Source of the DNA: an uncultured Gammaproteobacteria bacterium
GTDB lineage: Bacteria; Patescibacteriota; Patescibacteriia; UBA11705; JABHMO01
Direction of reading: 5' to 3'
Assembly: GCA_964590105.1 (NCBI GenBank)
Contig: CAZPYM010000002.1
Location: 26,697-90,696, forward strand
Length of the DNA: 64,000 nucleotides
Below the pieces are notes generated by a model, which made no database searches, had not been told where the DNA came from, and saw only the letters and a list, made by a program, of their open reading frames with translations. The position numbers and the translations under genes were made by a program. Below are positions 9,101 to 19,692 of this stretch, one piece after another. Numbering within the stretch: the first letter of the stretch is position 1; each line of letters begins with the position of its first letter.

Positions 9101-9847
9101 ATGCTAATAAAAACTCTTCAGGAAATCGGACTTTCTCCAAACGAAGCCAAAATATATGAAGCTCTTTTGGAGCTGAAACAAGCCGGCGTCGGCACGATTT
9201 CCAGCCATTCGAAAATACACCGAAGAAATGTTTACGACACAATCTCCCGCCTGGTTGACAAGGGTCTGATCTTCCCGGTCATCGGCAAAGGAGAGAATAA
9301 ATATTCACCGGTTGACCCGGGAAAACTTCTGGAATTAGTCAAAGAAAAGGAAACAAGTCTACTCTCCATCCTGCCACTCATGAAACAAAAATATGAGGAG
9401 CGCAAAACTCCGCAGGAAGCTTATATTTATCGCGGCGTTGAAGGATTCAAAAATTACATGCGCGATATTTTGAAAGAAGGGCAGGATGTTTATTTTATCG
9501 GCGCCAAGCTGGGCTGGCTGGACCCGAGGATCAAAACATTTTTGAACAATTTTTTAACCCTGGCCAAGAAAAAGAAAATCAAATTCCACCACATCTTTGA
9601 CACGGAAGTAAAAGAAAAAACTCCTGCCAATGAATTAGCTGAGCTCGGCCCGAATCATCGCTTCATGCCCAAAGAATTTTCCACGGTTTCCGCCGCTGAT
9701 ATTTTCGGCGACTATGTTGTCACCTTTACCGGATTAAATTATAAAAAGATTGATGACGACGTGACTTTATTTGTCCTGCGCGACAAGGATCTGGCTGACA
9801 GTTACCGCACCTGGTGGAAATTTATGTTTAATAATTGTAATAAATAA
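9101..9847 (+). CDS. TrmB-family transcriptional regulator
   Basis: LQEIGLSPNEAKIYEALL...HRRNVYDTISRLVDKGL; one C-terminal unit (IYRGVEG...WWKFMF). Confidence 0.9.
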   Translation: MLIKTLQEIGLSPNEAKIYEALLELKQAGVGTISSHSKIHRRNVYDTISRLVDKGLIFPVIGKGENKYSPVDPGKLLELVKEKETSLLSILPLMKQKYEERKTPQEAYIYRGVEGFKNYMRDILKEGQDVYFIGAKLGWLDPRIKTFLNNFLTLAKKKKIKFHHIFDTEVKEKTPANELAELGPNHRFMPKEFSTVSAADIFGDYVVTFTGLNYKKIDDDVTLFVLRDKDLADSYRTWWKFMFNNCNK

Positions 9848-9851
9848 TTTT

Positions 9852-11576
9852 ATGCTAAAAAAAATCATCTTCGTTTCAATCTGCCTGATTTTTCTTTTTC
9901 CCAATCTGACTTCAGCCCGAGAAAATGTTTACGATTGGTATATCCAGAATTTTTATACCAAAATTACGGTTAATCAGGATTCTTCTTTAATTATTGAAGA
10001 GCAAATCACGGCCGACTGCGGTAATGGCAATGACAAACACGGCATTTTTCGGGTCTTGCCGACGCAAACCAAAACTCCGGACGGCACGATCAAAACTCCC
10101 ATTGAGTTAATTAAAATTACCGACTTTCAAGGCCAACCATATAATTACCAAACCATTCGCGGGAATAATACCCTAACCTGGAAGATCGGCAATCCGGACA
10201 CATCCGTAAAAGGCGTTAACACCTATTTAATTGTTTACAAAGTAAAAAATACTGTCCAATTTAATAATTCCGAATTTGATGAATTTTACTGGAACCTGCT
10301 TGGCAACTTCTGGGATCTAGAAATTGACAACTTTACGGCCGACATTATTTTTCAATCAGCCATCAATCAAGACAATACCAAAATTGATTACTACGCCGGC
10401 AACCTGGGCTCAAAAGACAAAACAACCGCCGGCTATTCCTGGCTCAATAAAAACACACTGCGCTTCGAGTCCAATTCAATATTCTACAAAAGCCAAGGTC
10501 TAACTACCTCTGTCACTTTTCCAAAAAATATTCTTCAGCCGACCCGACTTAGTTTATGGGAGAAGTTAAATACATATTTTTTCTTTTGGCCGTTCATTAT
10601 CCCCGTCATTATATTTATACTTTGCTTTTTGGTCTGGATCCGCTTTGGCAAAGATCCAAAACACGGCAAAACCATTATTGCGCTTTATGAACCGCCAAAA
10701 GGTTTAACTCCGGCAGAAATCGGCTCAATCCATCAGGAAGGAACATTTAACGAAAGGCTGATAACCGCGACGATTATTAACCTGGCAGTCAACGGTTATA
10801 TTACCCTTGAACAAATCTCTGAAAAAAAGAAATTCAGCATAACCAAAACCAAGAACGATTTCAAAATAACGAGATTAAACAAAGAGCCGCAAGCTTTATC
10901 GTCTTTGGAAAAATTAATTCTGGACAATCTTTTGGATCAACAACCGGAAATAACTTTATCAGCCATACAAAAAACATTTCCCAAAAAGATTAAGGGGATT
11001 TCAAAACAAATCCAAACTGCGCTGATTGAAAAGGGTTATTTTGCCAAAAAGGGTTTCACCCTTAAGCCGATTTTTATAGGCATAGGCGTTGTAATCGGAT
11101 TTATTTCATTTGCCCACATAGAAAATAATTGGCTCTGGGGGCTGGCCGGGGTTTTATCCGCGCTTTCCATATTAATCTTCGGACTGCTCATGGCCCAAAA
11201 AACTCCGAAAGGAGCGGAAGTTCAATGGGAGATTAAAGGATTTAAACATTACATGGATGTAGCGGAAAAGCATAGGCAGGAATTTTATGAAAAAGAAAAT
11301 ATCTTTGAAAAGTTTTTACCGTTTGCCATTGCCTTTGGTATGACAAAACAATGGATTAACAAAATGAAACAGATTTACGGCGAAGACTTTTTCGCCAACT
11401 ACGCGCCCGCCTGGTACATTGGCTCGACAATGGGCGGCTTTGACGCTGACTCTCTGAACAGCAGCCTGACCAGCATTTCCAATGCTGTTTCGCAAAGCAT
11501 GGGCACATCGTCCGGCTCGGGCGGCAGTGGATTTTCCGGCGGCGGCGGCGGCGGTGGTGGAGGCGGCGGCTGGTAA
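9852..11576 (+). CDS. DUF2207 family membrane protein
   Basis: HGIFRVLP, EFYWNLLG, YEPPKGLTPAE, FEKFLPFAIAFG, Gly-rich tail ending GGGW; start placed at MLKKIIF. Confidence 0.9.
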   Translation: MLKKIIFVSICLIFLFPNLTSARENVYDWYIQNFYTKITVNQDSSLIIEEQITADCGNGNDKHGIFRVLPTQTKTPDGTIKTPIELIKITDFQGQPYNYQTIRGNNTLTWKIGNPDTSVKGVNTYLIVYKVKNTVQFNNSEFDEFYWNLLGNFWDLEIDNFTADIIFQSAINQDNTKIDYYAGNLGSKDKTTAGYSWLNKNTLRFESNSIFYKSQGLTTSVTFPKNILQPTRLSLWEKLNTYFFFWPFIIPVIIFILCFLVWIRFGKDPKHGKTIIALYEPPKGLTPAEIGSIHQEGTFNERLITATIINLAVNGYITLEQISEKKKFSITKTKNDFKITRLNKEPQALSSLEKLILDNLLDQQPEITLSAIQKTFPKKIKGISKQIQTALIEKGYFAKKGFTLKPIFIGIGVVIGFISFAHIENNWLWGLAGVLSALSILIFGLLMAQKTPKGAEVQWEIKGFKHYMDVAEKHRQEFYEKENIFEKFLPFAIAFGMTKQWINKMKQIYGEDFFANYAPAWYIGSTMGGFDADSLNSSLTSISNAVSQSMGTSSGSGGSGFSGGGGGGGGGGGW

Positions 11577-11759
11577 AAGAAGGAGAAAGTTAATTAGAGT
11601 TAATAAAAGTTAACTTGAGTTACATAAAAGAAAGTTACATAATAAACAAATAACTTTCTTTTAATTAACAATCCATTAACCCCAATTAACCTTTTCAATA
11701 CTTCCCATAATTTAAAAAGAAAAAAACCCCGGACAATGTTGTCAGGGGTTTTGTAATTT

Positions 11760-12509
11760 TTATAGCTCATCTGAAACTTTGGAAATTTCCTGTCTAATGA
11801 TCATCACCTCTTCCATTGGCAAATCGCCGATTTGCTCGAGGCTTGTTATTCCGTGAGCATGAAGCACGGCATTCATCGCCTGCTTTCTTTTCTCCATAAA
11901 ACCAAGGTCACGAACATGACACAATGATTTGCCGCCAAAAGGCAATTCAAGTATGGCGACTTTTTCGGGCTGATCAAACTGCCGACGCAGAGTTTCTATA
12001 TCCGGCCCACCGGGCAAAGCAGGCATTGTTGTTCCCTCGTCCACAAACACTTGATCGACAATATACTTTTTCTCCGCCGTATCGCGGAATAACATTGTCA
12101 TCCGATTACCGGTAGACTGATCAATACAACCTTGCTCTTGCATGAACCTGTCAATTTCCTGAATAAACACCTCCATATCAACTACGCTTATCCGATTGTC
12201 CCAAAAAATGAAAGTATTTTTACCGACCTGGAAAGGGATTGCCCCTGCTCTGGTCGAACCACCAGAACCAATTATTACAATCGAATAATTATCCTTTTTA
12301 AGAGAAATTGAAACATGAATTTCTTTTGGTTCGCTTGTCCAAATTCGGGCAATCTTTTCAGCCGCGTCCTTTATGCCGAAGTTTCTAGTGAGATCGTATA
12401 AGTCCGCCAGCAAATCAGCTGACAAGCCGGGCAATTCCACCGGCGGATTTGTTAATTCAAAGAACTGAACAATCCGGGGATCAAATCTGCGCTCCAGCGA
12501 AAAGATCAT
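11760..12509 (-). CDS. hypothetical protein
   Basis: 249-aa ORF, GGAGGTGA SD, own promoter (TTGACA-N17-TAGCAT) and terminator hairpin at ~11722-11752. Confidence 0.75.
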   Translation of the reverse strand: MIFSLERRFDPRIVQFFELTNPPVELPGLSADLLADLYDLTRNFGIKDAAEKIARIWTSEPKEIHVSISLKKDNYSIVIIGSGGSTRAGAIPFQVGKNTFIFWDNRISVVDMEVFIQEIDRFMQEQGCIDQSTGNRMTMLFRDTAEKKYIVDQVFVDEGTTMPALPGGPDIETLRRQFDQPEKVAILELPFGGKSLCHVRDLGFMEKRKQAMNAVLHAHGITSLEQIGDLPMEEVMIIRQEISKVSDEL

Positions 12510-12613
12510 CAGTCACCTCCGTAAAACTAATCAAATCCCGTTAATAAATAATGCTAACACCACTAACCGTAATTGTCAATATTAAAAAAGCGCCCCGTCT
12601 CGAGAGAGCGCTT

Positions 12614-13291
12614 TTAGATCTTTAATGAAACCCGCGGCTTTTCCGCAGTCATCAGGGAATATATTCCGTCGGCATCGCACTCATCGGAAACAACAAAGCG
12701 CAATTTTGCTTGTCCGCTCCACAGATAGTGAGCGCCTTTGAACCCGCTGTCAATGATGCGAATCACCCTGATCGCAGCCGGCAAATCGCAAAGAACAGCC
12801 CGGCAAAAAGCGTTTCTGAACACTTCGCAAATTGTTGCCGGATGCCTGGTTTTCAGCGCCTCGCGCTCAAAAAACCTTTGCCAAGCGTGCGCTGATATCC
12901 GCACTTTTCCAAGTTTTTCATGCTCAAGCACGTGTCCGATCAATGTAGTTTCCAAACGTAGCGCTTCCAGCTTTTTCCAGGTCGCCGAACCGGATTGCGA
13001 CAACAGCTTCTTCAACAAGCAAAAGCTGCTCGTTATCTCTTCCACTGCTGGCCTGTAATTGTCCGGTCTGAAATGAAACAAAAGAAAATAAATAGAACTG
13101 CAGATCAACTGCACATTGAATTTCTCGCGCGCCCTCTCAATCGGAAAAGTGTAAAGCAGTTCAAAGTACATTCTCTCTTCGCGGTTGAAAACTTCCGCGC
13201 CGACAACGAGAATCAAGTATTCAAGCAAGAGCTTGAACTCTTGCTCTGGCAAAACCTTATTCAAAAGCTCTCTGATTCTTTCATCTTTCAT
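12614..13291 (-). CDS. hypothetical protein with C-terminal HAxxRxxER (BECR/RelE-like RNase?) motif
   Basis: Start placed at MKDERIRELL after a G12 tract; ISAHAWQRFFER...LRFVVS...SLMTAE. Confidence 0.65.
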   Translation of the reverse strand: MKDERIRELLNKVLPEQEFKLLLEYLILVVGAEVFNREERMYFELLYTFPIERAREKFNVQLICSSIYFLLFHFRPDNYRPAVEEITSSFCLLKKLLSQSGSATWKKLEALRLETTLIGHVLEHEKLGKVRISAHAWQRFFEREALKTRHPATICEVFRNAFCRAVLCDLPAAIRVIRIIDSGFKGAHYLWSGQAKLRFVVSDECDADGIYSLMTAEKPRVSLKI

Positions 13292-13294
13292 TGT

Positions 13295-13306
13295 CCCCCC
13301 CCCCCC
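13295..13306 (-). repeat. G12 homopolymer tract
   Basis: 12 consecutive C on the + strand, 3 nt upstream of ATG 13291. Confidence 0.9.
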
Positions 13307-13443
13307 TGAAACCTCAAACCTGGCGACGGCAAGCAAGATTATTTAGAAGTGTTGTTAATGCCCAGCGTCGATAAACCAGATTATAACAATCCGCAGATAC
13401 TGTCAAGCATCCGCGCTTATAAAAAAAATTTATTGAATTTCAG

Positions 13444-14172
13444 CTATTTACCGCAACCTCGCCATGCCAGGTTAAAAACCAATCTCATATTATTAGCGAT
13501 TTCATTACTTTCAATGATAACGCCCATTTTTTCTTTAAATGAAATAAAGGCTACCTTGTTGCCATAAACATCCATCTCACTTGTAAACGGATATTTTTCT
13601 TTTTTTACTAACCTCGTAACTTTTAAATCCGCTTCATCCGATAATTTATATTTTTTGATCTTATCAGTGTCAGGCCCGATTACTCTCGCAAAAATTTTAT
13701 TGTTTGTTCTTTTTAATTTATATTCATTTGCAAAGTCCTTGCCCAGATAAGCTAAAATATTGTCGCTGACAAAAGCATATAAATTACCGGTGTAATTTAG
13801 GGTGTCTCGATAAACTTCCTTCAATCCGTCAATACCTTCATAATAACGAATTTTTGGTTTTTCACCGGCCGTATTATAAAAAGATTTTAATAATGGCATG
13901 ACTTCCTCAAGTTGAGCTTTTTTTTCATCCAATAATTTATTTAATCGTTCCGGCTCTTCAGCATAGAAAAGTCTTTTTTTTCCTTTTTGCGTTTGGCCTA
14001 CTAGCCCGCGCCTGGTTAATTCAGTCAGAATATCATATACAGTCGGCCTTTTAATACCGGCTTTTTTTGCCAAATTTGTAACGCTGGTCTGCCCCAATTC
14101 CAAGCAGGAAAGATAAACCTTTATTTCTTTGTCACTTAAATTAAATTGTTTTAATACTTCTTCAATTTTCAT
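13444..14172 (-). CDS. TrmB-family transcriptional regulator
   Basis: LKQFNLSDKEIKVYLSCLELG...GIKRPTVYDILTEL; PKIRYYEGIDG...FNLAW. Confidence 0.9.
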   Translation of the reverse strand: MKIEEVLKQFNLSDKEIKVYLSCLELGQTSVTNLAKKAGIKRPTVYDILTELTRRGLVGQTQKGKKRLFYAEEPERLNKLLDEKKAQLEEVMPLLKSFYNTAGEKPKIRYYEGIDGLKEVYRDTLNYTGNLYAFVSDNILAYLGKDFANEYKLKRTNNKIFARVIGPDTDKIKKYKLSDEADLKVTRLVKKEKYPFTSEMDVYGNKVAFISFKEKMGVIIESNEIANNMRLVFNLAWRGCGK

Positions 14173-14373
14173 AAAATTATTTCTTTTAGTGTATTGTTCC
14201 GAGCGAGGAGAAACAACGCGTCGAAAAATGTCGGTAATTTCCGACTACATTTACATTATATCATACTATTATATCCCGTCAAGGTAACCGCGGTTTTTAT
14301 TTAATATTAGCCAATCATATTACTTAAAATTCACCACTCACCGACCACTACCCACCAAAAAGGTCGGTAATAA

Positions 14374-14402
14374 TTGACACTTTTGAAATTTTTTGCTATA
14401 AT
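14374..14402 (+). promoter_or_regulatory. sigma70 promoter of receiver-domain operon
   Basis: TTGACA-N17-TATAAT with TG extension; gtcggtaat just upstream is repeated at ~14230. Confidence 0.8.
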
Positions 14403-14458
14403 GCGCTGTTAAGATAAAGAAGTTCTTTTCATTACATCAACCATAAACGGGGGAAATC

Positions 14459-15397
14459 ATGAACTACGTTCAGCTGATTGAGAAAATGAAATCTGGCCTT
14501 GGGAAGTTATACAAGATGGCTCTAGATCTGGCCGCCATTCTGGACAGTGCGGCGGCGCAAGTAACAGAAGATGCAAGCCGCGGCTGGGAAGGACCGCGAG
14601 AGCAGAGACTTCGAACCTTCAACCTCCTGTGCGCTATCTGCGTCAAAGCCAACATTGCTCCTCCGAACTTGGAGGAAGGACTCTGGAGGGGAGCGCTTCC
14701 GCGAACTTACAACAAGGACCGCTTCGAACAGGCAAGGAAAGTCGCGCGAGAAACACGCCTCCGGGTACGCAAGCATCTGAAAGGACAAACCCGTCCCGCC
14801 GCGAACATGGCCCGCGCGCTCATGGAAACCATCAACCTTTTTCCGGATTGCGATGGCTTCACCGGCATCAACAAGGAAAACATCATGGCCATGCTCAACC
14901 GCCTTCTGGTGGACGAGCTCAGTCTCGCGCCCTTTCGGCCGGACTACAGCGCCATGACAATCCCCGACGTTCTGCATGCCGACGGTTCCGCCCGCCCTGC
15001 CACGGTCGTAATAGTTGACGACGATCCAAACGAACTGCTCAAGTCCGCGCTGACGCTGATCGGGATTCCAAATCTTGCGGTAAAATTCGTTCACTACAAA
15101 AGCGCTTCTGCCTGGAACAAACCACAAGGCCAGGAACTTCAGAACAAGCTCCTGGAAGTTGCCCGGTCTGTGCTGGAATTAACGCCGGACGTCATCGTGA
15201 TGGATCAGGGGCTCGGCGACATTGAAGGATCTGATCTTGTCACGACCATCAAGAACCAAAACCCGGAACACCGGCCAATCTTTGTCGCCAACACCGGCGG
15301 CGATCCGAACAAACTGCTCAATGCCGGCTGTCTCGATAACTTCGAGAAGGGTCGCGCTCCGAAAAGCATTCGACAGGCGATCAGCGCCGTCAATTAA
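14459..15397 (+). CDS. protein with C-terminal receiver (REC) domain
   Basis: VVIVDDDP...PDVIVMDQGLGDIEGSDLV...FVANTG...FEKG: acidic pocket, phospho-Asp, Thr and Lys positions present. Confidence 0.75.
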   Translation: MNYVQLIEKMKSGLGKLYKMALDLAAILDSAAAQVTEDASRGWEGPREQRLRTFNLLCAICVKANIAPPNLEEGLWRGALPRTYNKDRFEQARKVARETRLRVRKHLKGQTRPAANMARALMETINLFPDCDGFTGINKENIMAMLNRLLVDELSLAPFRPDYSAMTIPDVLHADGSARPATVVIVDDDPNELLKSALTLIGIPNLAVKFVHYKSASAWNKPQGQELQNKLLEVARSVLELTPDVIVMDQGLGDIEGSDLVTTIKNQNPEHRPIFVANTGGDPNKLLNAGCLDNFEKGRAPKSIRQAISAVN

Positions 15398-15524
15398 AAA
15401 TCCAAAAAATATCTCGAGGGAAGTCACCATGTGGCTTCCCTCTTCAACCGCCGATTTCTTGGAAAAAGGAATCTGCAGTTGGAGATTTGTTCATTAAATT
15501 AAAAACAACCAAGAGGAGTCTGTC

Positions 15525-16193
15525 ATGACAACAGAAACTGATCATAAAAAAGCTCTTGAATTTTTCAAAAAGTCAAACCCAACTCTATATAACGATACGG
15601 AACAAATGCGGATCAAAATGCTTGAGCTCGAGGCCTGCACAAAAAACGAAACCAACCTCCCGGCCAAAAGCATCTATGTGCAAGGCCGAAACCTGCTGGC
15701 TTGCGCGCTCGGAGTTGAACTTCTCCCAGAAATTGAAATTCCGGAAGAAAAGGAAATGACCATGGATGAAATCAATGCCATTAGAATCGTGCCAAACCAA
15801 AAAATCACCGTTGTCATAGTTGACGACCGGCCAAATGAAGTTCAAGTCATGATATCCGTGCTCGAGTCCTGGCCCAATGTCCGAGTCTGGCCGATTATTG
15901 GCGAAATCACTCAGTGTTCTCCCAGAAAAACAGCAGGCTTGCTCACTGAACGCGAAAACCGGGTCTCGACTATCTGTCTTTTGGACGAAGCCATTGGCCA
16001 AATCAAGGGTTCTGATGTCGCCAAATTTCTGAATGAACTTGGTTTCGTCGGCATCCTGGCTTCAATCACCTCCGGTGAAAAGCCTGCTTTTACTGATTTC
16101 CACTTTGGCGACAAGAACAAAATGGCCGGCAACTATTTCATCAAGAAATTTGTTGAATTCATAAACCAACTGATCAGGGAGGAAAGACAATGA
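15525..16193 (+). CDS. protein with C-terminal REC-like domain
   Basis: VVIVDDRPNE...CLLDEAIGQIKGSDVA...ASITS; similar to the 14459 ORF. Confidence 0.7.
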   Translation: MTTETDHKKALEFFKKSNPTLYNDTEQMRIKMLELEACTKNETNLPAKSIYVQGRNLLACALGVELLPEIEIPEEKEMTMDEINAIRIVPNQKITVVIVDDRPNEVQVMISVLESWPNVRVWPIIGEITQCSPRKTAGLLTERENRVSTICLLDEAIGQIKGSDVAKFLNELGFVGILASITSGEKPAFTDFHFGDKNKMAGNYFIKKFVEFINQLIREERQ

Positions 16194-16759
16194 ACCAGGA
16201 ATTGATGAGCCTCCGAACAACAATTCTCAGAAGCATCCGAGACCTGGGAGTTGATTTGGCGGAATTCACTGCCGCCTGCGCCTGCATGGCGCTGTCCCAA
16301 TCGGTCAGCATGGGGAAGATGATCAACGCGGGCAAACTGGATAGCAAAGATGTTCCGACCAATGCGCCTGGTACTATCATGTCCATGCTGGCGGACGATC
16401 AGGCAACCAGAGACATTTTCTTGCTGATTGCCAAATTGCTTTTCAGCACCAGCACGGCGCTGAACAGGCCTCTGACTTTTTCCGAAGTCGCGGGAATAAT
16501 CAAGTTCAATACTCAAACAGTGCCGAATGAACAGTTGAAAAAAGTCGCCGAGTATGTTGGTCCGGATGCTGTACCCGCTCATTTTCTTGGTGGGCCGGGA
16601 GTGCCGGAACCCAATCTGGCGGCCGCCTGGTTCTGGATGTTTCAAATATACCATGGAGCCGGCGAAAAGCTCGGCTTGACCGAAGTTCTGCTTCCCAGTT
16701 TCACTGATTTGCCGGAAAAAGTAGTAAAGAGCATTCAGCTCGTGATGCAAACTGCCTAA
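16190..16759 (+). CDS. hypothetical protein
   Basis: ATGA-coupled to the upstream gene; GGAGG SD. Confidence 0.7.
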   Translation: MNQELMSLRTTILRSIRDLGVDLAEFTAACACMALSQSVSMGKMINAGKLDSKDVPTNAPGTIMSMLADDQATRDIFLLIAKLLFSTSTALNRPLTFSEVAGIIKFNTQTVPNEQLKKVAEYVGPDAVPAHFLGGPGVPEPNLAAAWFWMFQIYHGAGEKLGLTEVLLPSFTDLPEKVVKSIQLVMQTA

Positions 16760-16779
16760 CAACCCAAAAGGAGGACAAA

Positions 16780-17562
16780 ATGGCAGACAAATCTGATCAA
16801 CTCAAAGCACTGCTCGAGGCAAAGCAGTATGCCCAAGCACTCACGCTGATCAAGAGCGCCGACGACTACAATGAAGGTGAGAGCTTTGTCTTCGCAGTTC
16901 TGCGGCACAAGAAAGCCAGCCAGGCGCTACTCAACACTGCACTCAAAACTTTCATCAGGACAAGACAGAACTGGTATCGCCAACATGGATACTGGGTTCA
17001 CAGCTTGTCTCATTTCACCGGAGATCTCTGGGAAATGGGCCAACTGGACTGGATCAAGAAGCTCAACAAAATCGCCTTTGACGGCGTGCTTGAACTCGGC
17101 GACGACAATTGTTCTGAACGACTCGTAGGAGATTTTTTCCGACACAGTACCTGGGACATGGATCCTCGGGATTTTCACATCACGACTGAACTGCTTGACC
17201 ATTTCAAGTATGGCCGAGCCTATGGCCAGGCGCGCCTGGCTGTTTCTCCATTCGAAAGCGAAGCTGCTTTCAATGAATGGGAAGCTCGTTGGCATCTGAG
17301 TGCCGAGGGCTATGAAAAGAGTTTCAACTACGAAGCCCAGGAATCCATGGTCCATACCCAGGGTCTGACCAAATGGATCAAAATTCTGGCTGATCTGGGC
17401 CGAGACGTATCAGAATTCGACGGACTGATCAAGCGCCTCCTCGAGGCACAATTGATCGAATTCAAGGAAAAGCTGGAAAACGCGGACAAGGACTGGGTGC
17501 GCGAACACGCCGAAAAGGCAATTACAATCACCAAGGCCCAGCTGGCCGAACTCGATTCCTAA
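16780..17562 (+). CDS. hypothetical alpha-helical protein
   Basis: 260-aa ORF, GGAGG SD, followed by a terminator at 17570-17605. Confidence 0.75.
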   Translation: MADKSDQLKALLEAKQYAQALTLIKSADDYNEGESFVFAVLRHKKASQALLNTALKTFIRTRQNWYRQHGYWVHSLSHFTGDLWEMGQLDWIKKLNKIAFDGVLELGDDNCSERLVGDFFRHSTWDMDPRDFHITTELLDHFKYGRAYGQARLAVSPFESEAAFNEWEARWHLSAEGYEKSFNYEAQESMVHTQGLTKWIKILADLGRDVSEFDGLIKRLLEAQLIEFKEKLENADKDWVREHAEKAITITKAQLAELDS

Positions 17563-17618
17563 AACAACCAAAAGAGCCAAGCACTCACCTGCCTGGCTCT
17601 TTTTTATTATCTAAATTT

Positions 17619-19628
17619 TTAACTTACCATTTCCAAATGCGGAATATATTGCTTGTAACCTTTTCCTTTGGGCTTGTGCGCGCTGACTGTAATTTTTTTC
17701 ACTCCTTCAGGATATTCTTGCGTCGGCCTCGAGGTCCAGCGAATTATTTCTACATTTTCAAATCCTGAAATCCACAAAATAAATTTGATTTCTTCATCAG
17801 TCATTATGTAAGAAAGATATTGAATATCATCTTTTGTTTCCGGACTGTGTCCATACCATCCGTCAGCCATATCCGAATTTTCCCTGGTGGGCTGATCAAA
17901 AATCAATACCCCGCCGGCTTCCAGTGTGCGCCAAGCGGAATTCAAGGTTTTCAATAAATTACCCGGACCAAATGCCTCTAAAATTGTATGCCAAGTATAG
18001 ATAACACTTTGATATTTTTTTTCCAAATCGCGATCAGCATAGTCCATGATACTCGCCTGTTCAAAATCAAATCCACCAGGCAATTTCTCCTGTTTAATCC
18101 TTTGTTTTATTGTTTTTATAAATTTTTCATTAGTATCAATACCATCAACTTCATAACCAGCCTCAATCAAAGGCAGGGTAATCCGTCCATAGCCGCAACC
18201 AACATCCAGAATTGTTTTAACCTTGTTTTGTTCAAATATTTTTTGCAAAATATCCAGCTCCTGCTCTGTGTCCGCGGTTTCGTGGGCCCGACCTTCAATA
18301 AGATCTTCCACTGACGCATAAAATCTTTTTTTGGCTCGCATTAATCTGCGGCCGGAAAGAGAGGCCGGACTACTTTTTATTTTACTTACAAGCTGAATTA
18401 ATTTTTCAATATCTTCCGGTTTAAAATCGGCTATAGCAATGTTAGCGCCATGTTCCAGGTTGAATTCATTAAATGCAAAATCGTCTGATACGGAAACTAT
18501 AATCGGTTGTAATAAGTTCGTCTCCCATTCTGTAAAATCCTCATCTCTTTCATATTCGACTTTATATTCATCCAGATACTTTCGTAACGTTTCTACATAA
18601 TATTTTTTCATTTCCAATTTTGCTTTTTCAAAATCCAAATTGCTAGCCATAGCTGAAATCTTTTCTCGATATTCAATATAATCCTCCTCGTCCTTGAAGT
18701 CAGCCAAAAGGCCAAGCTTATTATTCTTATCTTTGTCACGATACAAAAAATCATCGCAAACATAGTCCACATCTTTTTCGTCATACTCGCTAATTCGGTC
18801 AAACAATTTTTTTAAATATTCATCAGAAAATGCCCTGTCAAGTACTTTTGCATCACCTGATTTTAAATATTGTACTGCGGCGCGAGACAGTTCTTCATAT
18901 TCTTCTAAAAAATCTTCCCAATATCCTACACCGGCCTCCAAAACCGTATCCGGATTAATTTCTTCTCTTGTCCAGCGAAAACTATTATTAAACGGGAGAA
19001 CTATCTCCTCGCCAATAAAACTTTCCATTCTTTTTTGTGATTCCCAATAATATCTTTCAATAAACTCTGACGCGTGTTTTCGTACCCGCGGTACAACCCA
19101 ATCTTGCTGAGAGTTTCTAAAATCACCTTCCCCACCTTTACCAAAAACAACAATTAATTCCGGTAAATTAGATAAGGCTAAGTCCCCCGCCCTAAACGCC
19201 CCTCGCCAATCATAGGCCATTTCTAAATTATGAATAAGGTCACCCGGTGATTTTAAGTACTGAAACATGTAGGAACGTGTATCAGGATCGCCGTGTTTGC
19301 CTTTTTCCCTGTTATGATCGTAAACCATTCGAGCCAACGCTTGCTCTCTTTTTTTCTCGTTGTCAAACGCGTCTTTATCTTCGTCAACTGGTTCACCTGC
19401 ATTTTTGAGTTGAATTATTGGATTTACAAACCAAACATTAAAAAATTTGGCTCGTTCCTTTTCCGCGCCGCTTTCTTTTAATCTCGCCCTAGCCATTAAT
19501 TCAACACTGGAAACAATTCTATCAGATTCCTTCGGCATTACCGGCGACTGTGTTTCCTTTTCTAAAATAGGCGCTGACTCCAAACTTTTAAATGATTTTG
19601 GCTCCTTCATATAATGGTAGAGTAGCAT
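17619..19628 (-). CDS. class I SAM-dependent methyltransferase with long acidic N-terminal extension
   Basis: ILDVGCGYGR...VDGID...LEAGGVLIFD in the C-terminal third. Confidence 0.8.
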   Translation of the reverse strand: MLLYHYMKEPKSFKSLESAPILEKETQSPVMPKESDRIVSSVELMARARLKESGAEKERAKFFNVWFVNPIIQLKNAGEPVDEDKDAFDNEKKREQALARMVYDHNREKGKHGDPDTRSYMFQYLKSPGDLIHNLEMAYDWRGAFRAGDLALSNLPELIVVFGKGGEGDFRNSQQDWVVPRVRKHASEFIERYYWESQKRMESFIGEEIVLPFNNSFRWTREEINPDTVLEAGVGYWEDFLEEYEELSRAAVQYLKSGDAKVLDRAFSDEYLKKLFDRISEYDEKDVDYVCDDFLYRDKDKNNKLGLLADFKDEEDYIEYREKISAMASNLDFEKAKLEMKKYYVETLRKYLDEYKVEYERDEDFTEWETNLLQPIIVSVSDDFAFNEFNLEHGANIAIADFKPEDIEKLIQLVSKIKSSPASLSGRRLMRAKKRFYASVEDLIEGRAHETADTEQELDILQKIFEQNKVKTILDVGCGYGRITLPLIEAGYEVDGIDTNEKFIKTIKQRIKQEKLPGGFDFEQASIMDYADRDLEKKYQSVIYTWHTILEAFGPGNLLKTLNSAWRTLEAGGVLIFDQPTRENSDMADGWYGHSPETKDDIQYLSYIMTDEEIKFILWISGFENVEIIRWTSRPTQEYPEGVKKITVSAHKPKGKGYKQYIPHLEMVS

Positions 19629-19692
19629 ATCTCAGGGAAGAATCAAATTAAAAGCCCCTAGCTGATTCGTCAGCCTGGGGCTTTTTATTTCG

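Noticed and set aside
11513-11573. GGC-rich repeat as a contingency locus
   Set aside because: Encodes the normal Gly-rich C-terminus of DUF2207 proteins
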